NCBI GenBank assembly: GCA_950097015.1
Contig: CATNEN010000039.1
Coordinates: 17,112,001 to 17,176,000 of the forward strand
DNA: 64,000 bases
Source: Macrostomum hystrix
Taxonomy: Eukaryota; Animalia; Platyhelminthes
Direction: 5' to 3'
The position numbers and the translations under genes were made by a program. This document shows positions 50,694-61,600 of the stretch, piece by piece (position 1 is the first letter of the stretch; every line of letters starts with the position of its first letter). A model generated the notes under the pieces. It saw only the letters and a program-made list of their open reading frames with translations. It was not told the origin of the DNA and did no database searches.

Positions 50694-51437
50694 CGAATTA
50701 GCGATTAATCTAGTTAGGGTCGCGCGTGGTGCATTTAATTACACCCAGCTGAGACAGGTCAGATCAGATCAAAGCATTTTCAGCCACTCTTTAACTTCCA
50801 AATCCAATTAGCTTTTTACGGTATTAGATTATTATCGAGCAATAAATGTCTGATAAAGGATTAAGCCTTTCTAAACGGAAGCGAACTCAATTTCTAGAAA
50901 AAGCTTTTTGTCACTAATAAAATTTTCTTTTTCGCCGGTAAAGTAATTCTGCTATTTAGAGTAACTCGACATTAACTCTACTTTAAGTAGAATGCTTTGA
51001 GTATGTAGCGCGAAAAAACCTAGCTTTAATCATCAAGTCAAAGGGACATTCAATTAAGGGGTGAAGTCAAAATAATTTGAAGTCAATCTCAAAGCCCAGT
51101 GTGGTTGATTGCATTGATTTCTGTCTGTCGATTTAATTGCGGCCTCAAAAAAGGGCTTCAACAATGTGTCAGCTCGTCAACTATAGCTGCATTCTCTGTC
51201 CAGACAAGTACTTCCGGATCTTAACTGACGGGTCTTTCACCGGGTGGGGAGGCACACAGGACTTCATTTGATGCGACTCCATATAGGAGAGATAGGGCTG
51301 GCTCTGATAATGTAAAAGCTTGTTAAAAAATTAGATTTATTAGAAAATATTTTACAAGCTTAGAGCAAGCTTTCACTCCCGTCCTCTTCCCACTACTCAA
51401 ATAATCACTGACAAATCACTCATTCAATCTGCTCTAC

Positions 51438-52256
51438 CTCTTCTCTCTCACTCTAGTTCCATTCTCTCACTCTCCCTCTCTTCTCTCTCACTCTCCCTCT
51501 GTTCTCTCTCACTCCCCTCTCTTCTCTCTCACTCTCCCTCTCTTCTCTCTCACTCTCCCTCCCTCCGTTCTCTCTCACTCCCCTCTCTTCTCTCTCACTC
51601 TCCCTCTCTTCTCTCTCACTCTCCCTCTCTTCTCTCTCACCCTACGTCCCTTCTCTCTCACTCTCCCCCTCTTCTCTCTCACTCCTCTCTCTTCTCTCTC
51701 ACTCTCCCTCTCTTCTCTCTCACTCCCCTCTCTTATCTGTCACTCTTCCTCTCTTCTCTCTCACTCCCCTCTCTTCTCTGTCACTCTCCCTCTCTTCTCT
51801 CTCACTCCCCTCTCTTCTCTGTCACTCTCCCTCTCTTCTCTCTCACTCCCCTCTCTTCTCTGTCACTCTCCCTCTCTTCTCTCTCGCTCCCCTCTCTTCT
51901 CTCTCGCTCCCCTCTCTTCTCTCTCACTCTCCCTCTGTTCTCTCTCACTCTCCCTCTCTTCTCTCTCACTCTCCCTCTCTTCTCTCTCACTCCCCTCTCT
52001 TCTCTGTCACTCTCCCTCTCTTCTCTCTCACTCCCCTCTCTTCTCTGTCACTCTCCCTCTCTTCTCTCTCACTCCCCTCTCTTCTCTGTCACTCTCCCTC
52101 TCTTCTCTCTCGCTCCCCTCTCTTCTCTCTCACTCTCCCTCTGTTCTCTCTCACTCTCCCTCTCTTCTCTCTCACTCTCCCTCTCTTCTCTCTCACTCCC
52201 CTCTCTTCTCTGTCACTCTCTCTCTCTTCTCTCTCACTCTCCCTCTCTTCTCTCTC
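51438..52256. repeat. 19-21-bp polypyrimidine minisatellite CACTCTCCCTCTCTTCTCTCT
   Basis: Direct periodicity. Confidence 0.95.
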
Positions 52257-52263
52257 ATGAGCT

Positions 52264-52317
52264 CTGATGAGCTCCAAAAAGAGCGAATCGCGTCTGGAGT
52301 TGCCTTGGTTCGAATCC
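52264..52317 (+). ncRNA. degenerate type-I hammerhead ribozyme motif followed by a pol III B-box
   Basis: CTGATGA-GCTC-CAAAAA-GAGC-GAAT-CGCG-TC, then TGGAGT and GGTTCGAATCC. The core has GAAT instead of GAAA, and the 5' strand of stem I appears lost. Confidence 0.55.
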
Positions 52318-52672
52318 TGAGTTCAATTTTTTCGATACATATAGGAATCGATTCCAACATTAGATTTATTTAATTCAATGGGCAGTGTCCTCTCTCCTCT
52401 CTCCCGCTCTCTCTCTCTCTCTCACTGTCCCTCACCCTTTCTCACTCCTTATGAGCCTCCTATCACTCTAGAAACGGTATTTTTTACAATATTTCTTTAG
52501 TTAACTAGTCCTAGACTATAGCTTTTACTGGATTGGCTTTCAACTGTCCAACCAATCATGGCTGTCCTAGTTTAAAAGAAGCGTTTTGGCAAATTTATAA
52601 CTTCGGCGCCTCACAGAACTTTAAAAGAAATCTTTGAGTACGCCGTGAGCTATTCAAAATCGATTAGAAATC

Positions 52673-55600
52673 ATGTCCCGCTATCACAACAGGTCACTGC
52701 AGGGCCTGCTAAATAATCGACCGCATCTTCTTCAGCTTCAGCAGCAGCAGCAGCAGCAGCAGCACATGGGCCTCTTCAGTCCAACCATTCCTCAGCAGCG
52801 AGGCCAGCACACTGATCGTGTCCAGGTCACCTACCAGGTGAACGCCTCTACCAAATCCCGGCTAGGACCAAACGAGCGCGAGACCTGGGGCAAGAAAATC
52901 GACTTCCTTTTGTCAGTTATCGGATTCGCTGTGGATCTCGCCAATGTTTGGCGATTCCCCTATCTGTGCTACAAGAATGGAGGCGGTGAGCTGTGTTGGA
53001 CATAAAAGAGGCCCCGGTTTTAATCTTTGCTTCCAGTTTTAGCCAAGTGTCTGCTAGACTTTTACCTCACTCTAACTGTATCTCTCACTCTCCCCATCTA
53101 TTTCACAGTGTCTCTCTCTCTGCTGTCTCCCCTCCTGTCTCTTCTCTCCTCTCTCCCCTCCTATCTTCCCCCTCCTGTCTCTCCCCCTCCTGTCTCTCCC
53201 CCTCCTGTCTCTCCCCCTCCTGTCTCTCCCCCTCCTGTCTCTCCCCCTCCTGTCTCTCCCCTCCTGTCTCTCCCCCTCCTGTCTCTCCCCCTCCTGTCTC
53301 TCCCCCTCCTGTCTCTCCCTCTCCTATCACTCCCTCTTTCTCCTCCCCATCTAATTAAAACCTCCTGCGCTACTTCTTTACCGCGTCAGTTAGAGGTCCT
53401 CTCCTCTCTCTCTCCCTATCTCTCCCTCTCCTCTCTCTCGCTGTTTTTTTCCTTCTGCCGCTCTTGTTCATCTTAGTATCTCTCCATTTCCAGTTTTCGC
53501 TTCCATTCTCTATTTTCTACCCAGAAATTTCCTAACGTGAAACAGCTGGCCAATAAAAACGAAAAGCAACAAGCTAGTAGCATGTCCCATGTTAGTGACA
53601 GGGTTCGAGATGAGACTATGCAGCCGCTATCAGCAGCAGCAGCTATCAGCAATGGCCGGGCGAGCAGTAAAATAATTATTTTTTTGAATGTTGCCGGGAG
53701 AAACAACGCGTCGGAAAGACAATTTATTTCTGAACGCAAGAAAATTACCAGCTAATTACCCATCGCCCCTAGCTGTGGGCTTCTGATCAGCTATCAGCGC
53801 CAAATCTTATCGTTGCGGTTGTCAGTCGCAGCCACCTTGTTTAAGCTTTGGGATGGGGCATTGTTCTGTTGGACACTTTCTTGATGGCTGCTGAAAATAT
53901 GACCTAAAAATCTATGAAACATATACTCAGATGAAATCATCCTAACTGTCTTTAATGACTCAATGATTATTGACGAATGAGTTAAATTACTTAGTTTTGT
54001 TCACTACATTCTTTAATGGGAATTTAGTATATTAGACTAGCTAACTTTGACCCCTCGTTGAAAAATTATTACTATAGATTCCTAAGGAAAAATTTAGTAC
54101 CGTAGACAAGGTGACTTTGCGCTCTGGCAATATAAAGTTTGTCTTGTTTATTAAAACATACTTAACTCATTACTTCTTGGCGAAAGAAGTCTCTTTTTTT
54201 CGTAATAATGCTATTTCAGTCAAAAAGGACGTTCAACTTTTCATTGTCCATGTCGATCGATCGTACGAGCTATTTTCTATGTTCATTTTTACTTTCAAAT
54301 AACTGATAATTATTGTAGGATTAGAAATAGTTTATATAGATGGAGGCTTAGTTAGGCTTCTCTACGATATAATAAGCTATGCCATTCGGCAGTTATATTT
54401 AAGCCATGTTACTTGCACAAAAAACAAAACTAAAGTATGGGGTACAGGCGTGACTGAAAAGCAAGTTCATTAGCAAACGGCCTGAATTCTTACGGTTCGA
54501 TTAAAGCCAATTAAAGTAAAAAAATGGTTATAATTTGCACCTGATCGCTGAAGTCAGGTGCATGTCCTTTTTTAGACATTTTTTTCGTTGGCTCACACAG
54601 GTGCTCAAACAGTGTGATATTAAAGTACAAAGCTGGGTCGAGTTTAGTCGAGGTAATGCCGTTTTTCAGACCTTGCGTGACCAAAATAACAATTCGCAAA
54701 TTGGAGAGAAAGTCGGGCGAGATAGTAGGTGAGTGGGTGAGATAGTAGGTGAGTGGGTGAGATAGTAGGTGAGTGGGTGAGATAGTAGGTGAGTGGGTGA
54801 GATAGTAGGTGAGTGGGTGAGATAGTAGGTGAGTGGGTGAGATAGTAGGTGAGTGGGTGAGATAGTAGGTGAGTGGGTGAGATAGTAGGTGAGTGGGTGA
54901 GATAGTAGGTGAGTGGGTGAGATAGTAGGTGAGTGGGTGAGAAATTAGGTGAGTGGGTGAGATAGTAGGTGAGTGGGTGAGATAGTAGGTGAGTGGGTGA
55001 GATAGTAGGTGAGTGGGTGAGATAGTAGGTGAGTGGGTGAGATAGTAGGTGAGTGGGTGAGATAGTAGGTGAGTGGGTGAGATAGTAGGTGAGTGGGTGA
55101 GATAGTAGGTGAGTGGGTGAGATAGTAGGTGAGTGGGTGAGATAGTAGGTGAGTGGGTGAGATAGTAGGTGAGTGGGTGAGATAGTAGGTGAGTGGGTGA
55201 GATAGTAGGTGAGTGGGTGAGATAGTAGGTGAGTGGGTGAGATAGTAGGTGAGTGGGTGAGATAGTAGGTGAGTGGGTGAGATAGTAGGTGAGTGGGTGA
55301 GATAGTAGGTGAGTGGGTGAGATAGTAGGTGAGTGGGTGAGAAATTAGGTGAGTGGGTGAGATAGTAGGTGAGTGGGTGAGAGAGAGGGTCAGACAGAGG
55401 GACCTCATGGGTCAGGGGAGGTAAGAATGAGGAGTCATCTCAGGCCGAACGATTCGGAGATTCCGCATTGGTAATCGTGCATTTTTAAGCACAAACCTGT
55501 TTTGAGTTCGCATCGTTTGACCACATCCAGAGCAGAATATTGTCGGCCAATTTTCTACTCATAAAAACCAGAGGACAGAGAAAGAGGATGTGAACTGGGC

Positions 55601-58600
55601 GAGGTCCATGCACACCGGAATTTCCACCCTTGAGAGTCGTTTTCTCATTTTCCGCCAAGTCCGCGTTCGTCCATCGCTCAAAAATATTTACAGCAGCTTG
55701 GGGACAGGCAAAGATTCATCTTCCTCGGTGACGCAGCCCCAATCCGAGTTATATATTATATGGCGCTGTGTCGCGGTCTGGCACCGGCGGTTAATCAGTA
55801 ATGCTGCTGCTTCTGGGCGAAGATCGGCCCACTGTTTATCTGAAAACCGTCGCATAGTTTAATAGTCCCTCACGATGAAGTAGCTATAGACCATGCGGGA
55901 AAGGCTTCGAGTAAAATTAGTTTCTCGAGTTCATCCTTATAAATTGAATTTTGAAATTAAATTTCTAGATTTGGCTTCTGGGTCACTTCCACAAAGGCAC
56001 GACAGTTTTAGGAGTAGGCAAATCTGAAAGCATTTTAAAAGTACAAATTAATTTGTTTCTAAAAATATTTTTTTTACCGGGAGCATCGTAGCAAGGGAAC
56101 AGGGGAAAGTGGAACAGGGGAAAGTGGAACAGGGAAAAGTGGAACAGGGGAAAGTGGAACAGGGGAAAGTGGAACAGGGGAAAGTGGAACAGGGGAAAAG
56201 TGGAACAGGGAAAAGTGGAACAGGGGAAAAGTGGAACAGGGAAAAGTGGAACAGGGGAAAGTGGAACAGGGGAAAGTGGAACAGGGAAAAGTGGAACAGG
56301 GGAAAGTGGAACAGGGGAAAAGTGGAACAGGGGAAAGTGGAACAGGGGAAAAGTGGAACAGGGGAAAGTGGAACAGGGAAAAGTGGAACAGGGGAAAGTG
56401 GAACAGGGGAAAAGTGGAACAGGGGAAAGTGGAACAGGGGAAAGTGGAACAGGGAAAAGTGGAACAGGGGAAAGTGGAACAGGGAAAAGTGGAACAGGGG
56501 AAAGTGGAACAGGGGAAAAGTGGAACAGGGGAAAGTGGAACAGGGGAAAAGTGGAACAGGGGAAAGTGGAACAGGGGAAAGTGGAACAGGGAAAAGTGGA
56601 ACAGGGGAAAGTGTAACAGTGGAAAAGTGGAACAGGGGAAAGTGGAACAGGGGAAAGTGGAACAGGGAAAAGTGGAACAGGGGAAAAGTGGAACAGGGAA
56701 AAGTGGAACAGGGGAAAGTGGAACAGGGGAAAGTGGAACAGGGGAAAGTGGAACAGGGGAAAGTGGAACAGGGGAAAAGTGGATCAGGGGAAAAGTGGAA
56801 CAGGGGAAAAGTGGAACAGGGGAAAAGTGGATCAGGGGAAAAGTGGAACAGGGGAAAAGTGGAACAGGGGAAAAGTGGATCAGGGGAAAAGTGGAACAGG
56901 GGAAAAGTGGATCAGGGGAAAAGTGGAACAGGGGAAAAGTGGAACAGGGGAAAAGTGGAACAGGGGAAAAGTGGAACAGGGGAAAGTGGAACAGGGGAAA
57001 AGTGGAACAGGGAAAAGTGGAACAGGGAAAAGTGGAACAGGGGAAAAGTGGAACAGGGGAAAGTGGAACAGGGGAAAAGTGGAACAGGGAAAAGTGGAAC
57101 AGGGGAAAAGTGGAACAGGGGAAAGTGGAACAGGGAAAAGTGGAACAGGGGAAAGTGGAACAGGGAAAAGTGGAACAGGGAAAAGTGGAACAGGGGAAAA
57201 GTGGATCAGGGGAAAAGTGGAACAGGGGAAAGTGGAACAGGGGAAAGTGGAACAGGGAAAAGTGGAGCATGGGAAAAGTGGAACAGGGGAAAAGTGGAAC
57301 AGGGAAAAGTGGAACAGGGGAAAGTGGAACAGGGAAAAGTGGAGCATGGGAAAAGTGGAACAGGGGAAAAGTGGAACAGGGGAAAGTGGAACAGGGGACA
57401 GAGACAGCATTGACATTTGAACTGACTTAAAAATGAATCCGCTGATAAACTGTATCTGTGTACATCAGTAAGAGTACAAAGTCTATACTGTGAGAAATTC
57501 ATTCGAATCAAATTACCGAGCGCGAACACAATTTACGTTAGCATTTGAATTTCATACCGAAGCTGAAATTCTAGATTCGTATTAAAGTGGGGGAAATTTT
57601 TCTCCTGACACAAACTATTTCTGTTTTCTTAGCAAACAGAATAAAGTTAATCTGCTTTAGCCAAAGAAAATAACAGCATTGCTGGGCTTTTCGTGTGTCT
57701 TCCAAGAATTTCTAATCCTTTAATATGCTACCGTACGCCAGCAATTTAATTGTCTTTTCTGTAGACTTTAAATTCGACAACTAACTATTGAAAATTGTAG
57801 GCGCCTTTCTCATTCCCTACATGCTCATGCTGATAATTGGCGGCATTCCCCTGTTCTACATGGAGCTGGCACTGGGACAGTACGTGCGCAAGGGCGCCAT
57901 CACCTGCTGGGGCCGCGTTTGCCCGCTGTTCAAAGGTAAGCGATCTGGGGATCTGGGGAACTGGGGGTCTGCGGATCTAGGGATCTGAGGGAAATGGGGA
58001 CATTAGGATCTGGGGATCTGGGTATCCTGGGGATCTAGGGATCTGGGAAACTGTGGATTTGAGGAACTGGTGATCTTGGGATCTGGGGAACTGGGGGATC
58101 TGGGGAACTGGGGAACTGGGGAACTGAGGATCAGAGGATCTGGAGGATCTATGTATCTGGGGAACTGGGGATCTGGGAATCTAGAGAACTGGGGAACTGA
58201 GGATCTGGGGATCTGGGGATCTGTGGATCTGGGGAAAGTAAACGAAGAACTGTCAATCAAAATTCTATTGCATTTTCCAGGCATTGGTATCTGCGTGGTG
58301 ATGATCGCATTCTTCACTGACCTGTTCTACAATGTCATCATTGCTTGGTCGCTGTATTTTCTGTTCGCTTCGTTCTCTTCTAGCCTGCCCTGGACGTCCT
58401 GCAATAACACCTGGAACATTGTGGCCACCTGCTATGACGACCACATGAAGGAGAGACTCTCGTCGACGCCCGGAGCTGTCGGTCAGCAGAAGGCGTCGAC
58501 TGCCGCGACGGGCCAAGCTTCGCCAGACGATGTCGCTGCGATTGACAACGCCAGCGCGCTGGCTCGAAGAACTTATCCCGCCCACGAATATTTCTAGTGA

Positions 58601-61600
58601 GATTCTACATTGTGACCGCAGAGATGCTGAAAAATGTCTATAAATCTTCACTGGCGTCTAACTGGTATCGATTCTTGTCTAACAGGTCTTAATTACTGTC
58701 TAGCAGGTGTTAATTCCTGTCTAACAGGTGTTAATTCCTGTCTAACAGGTGCTAATTCCTGTCTAAGAAGGGTCTTTTCTAGTCGAACAGGTGTCCATTA
58801 TTGTCTAACAGGGGTCAATTGTTGTCTAACAGGTGTCAATTACTGTCTAGCAGGTGTCCATTCCTGTCTAACAGGTGTTAATTCCTGTCTAACAGGAGTC
58901 GATTCCTGTCTAACAGGTGTTAATTCCTGTCTAACAGATGTCAATTGTTGTCTAACAGGTGTCAATTTCTGTCTAACAGGCGCGAATTCCTGTCTAAGAA
59001 GCGTCTATTTTAGTCTAACGGGTGTCCATTATTTTCTAACAGGTGTCAATTATTGTCTAACAGGTGTCAATTGTTGTCTTACAGGTGTCGATTCCTGTCT
59101 AACAGGTGTCAATTCTGTCTAACAGATGTCCATTCCTGTCTAACAGGTGTTAATTCCTGTCTAACAGGAGTCGATTCCTGTCTAACAGGTGTCAATTCTG
59201 TCTAACAGGTGTCAGTTCATGTCTAAGAGGTGATTTCTGCATCAAATGGCAAATATTGTCTGACAAATAATGATCTAGGCCTTCTCAAGTTAACTAGTTC
59301 ATAATCACAATTGAACCACCCTACTCACTGAGCAGTCACCACGTCCTCGGCAATCACCCGGATGGTCGTTTTGGCATCGACAATATCGGCTCAATCCAAT
59401 GGAAGATGGCCGTGTGTCTGGCGCTTGTGTACATCATCTGCTACTTCAGCCTGTGGAAGGGCATCAGCATGTCCGGCAAGGCGAGTGCCTACTTCTGCTA
59501 CTTAACCTTTATCTTACCCTTCTTCTCTTTATTATTGTCCTTATCTCTATCTCACCCTGCATCTATTTCACCCTTCATTTATCTCACCGTGCATCTATCT
59601 CACCCTGCTTCTATCTCCCCCTTCATTTATCTCACCCTTCATCTATCTCACCCTGCTTCTATCTCCCCATTCATTTATCTCACCCTTCATTTATCTCACC
59701 CTGCATCTATCTCACCCTTCATTTATCTCACCCTGCATCTATCTCACCCTGCTTCTATCTCCCCCTTCATTTATCTCACCCTGCATCTATCTCACCCTGC
59801 TTCTATCTCACCATGCATCTATCTCACCTTTTATCTCACCAATCATTTTTATCTCACCGATATTGTAAGTAATACATCTTTTTTCTCACCCTGCATCCAC
59901 CTCACCCTCCATCGTCTAAATCTCACCCTACATCTCTATCTCATCCTTCATCCACTTATTGCTAATCATCTCCTGCTCCGGCACCCACCTATTCCAGGTA
60001 GTCTGGTTCACCGCCTTATTTCCCTACTTTGTGCTGCTAATTTTCCTAATTCGCGGCGTCACCCTGGAGGGCTCAATGCAGGGCATCTATTACTACATGT
60101 ACCCCGATCTCAGCGAACTGCTCAACTCAAAGCCTTGGATTGACGCGGCTACTCAGGTGTTCTTCTCGCTCGGTCCCGGCTTTGGCGTCCTGCTAGCATT
60201 CGCTTCCTATAACAAGTTTAACAACAATGTGTACAAGTGAGTGCGCTTGTCTAAGTGGGCTTCTGTCTGTTCAGGTGTCTGTCTGTTCAGGTGTCTGTCT
60301 GTTCAGGTGTCTGTCTGTTCAGGGTGTCTTTCAGTCTGTTCAGGGTGTCTTTCAGTCTGTTCAGGTGTCTGACTATTCAGGGTGTCTATCTGTCTGTTCA
60401 GGGTGTCTGTCTGTTCAGTGTTTCTGTCTGTTCAGGGTGTCTGTCAGTCTGTTCAGGGTTTCTGTCTATTCAGGTTGTCTGTCTGTTCAGGGTGTCTGTC
60501 AGTCTGTTCAGGGTTTCTGTCTATTCAGGTTGTCTGTCTGTTCAGGGTGTCTATCTGTCTGTTCAGGGTGCCTGTCTGTCTGTTCAGGGTGTCTATCTGT
60601 CTGTTCAGGGTGCCTGTCTGTCTGTTCAGGGTGTCTATCTGTCTGTTCAGGGTGCCTGTCTGTCTGTTCAGGGTGTCTTTCAGTCTGTTCAGGGTGTCTT
60701 TCAGTCTGTTCAGGGTGTCTGCCGGTCTGTTCAGGATGTTTGTCTGTCTGGTCAGGGTGTCTTTAAGTCTCAGGGTGTCTGTCTATTCAGGGTGTCTATC
60801 TGCCTATTCAGGGTGTCTATCTGTCTGTTCAGGGTTTCTGTCTGTTCAGGGTGTCTATCTGTCTGTTCAGGGTGCCTGTCTGTCTGTTCAGAGTGTCTTT
60901 CAGTCTGTTCAGGGTGTTTGTCTGTCTGGTCAGGGTGTCTTAAAGTCTCAGGGTGTCTGTCTATTCAAGGTGTCTGTCTGTCTGTTCAGGGTGTCTGTCT
61001 GTCTTTTCAGGGTGTCTGTCTGTCTGTTCAGGGTGTCTGTCTGTCTGTTCAGGGTGTCTGTTTGTCTTTCATAATAAATGAAATAATTAAGAACTACCGT
61101 TTTTGGTTTTGGTAAATAAAAATTTTTATTAATAAATATTGCAAGGACACCATAAAAGACGTTTCACAATTCACAATGTCGCAGGCCTTCAAAATCTGCT
61201 TGTTAAAAACAAAGTTTAACTAAATTTATCTGACAGGGACGCACTGATTACCAGTGCAGTGAACTGCATGACCAGCTTCTTGTCCGGCTTTGTTGTCTTC
61301 GCTATAATTGGCTACCTGGCGCACAAGCGGAGTCAGGATGTCAAGCAGGTCATTTCAGACGGTCAGTTTAAAAATAATTTAGCTAATTTTAGAAGAATCA
61401 ATTATTAAAGCCATAAAAATTGTACCAAAGCAAAATTAATTCTATCTTAAATTTCATTTTTTCTCACATTTAATTAATTATCAATTCCTAAATTCTAATA
61501 ATCGAATGACAAGTTATAATTACCTTGCGAGTTCTAATTATGAAGTCCCGCGAGCACTAAATATAAACTACGTTTTCCGTTACTTTCCTTAGCTCTTACT

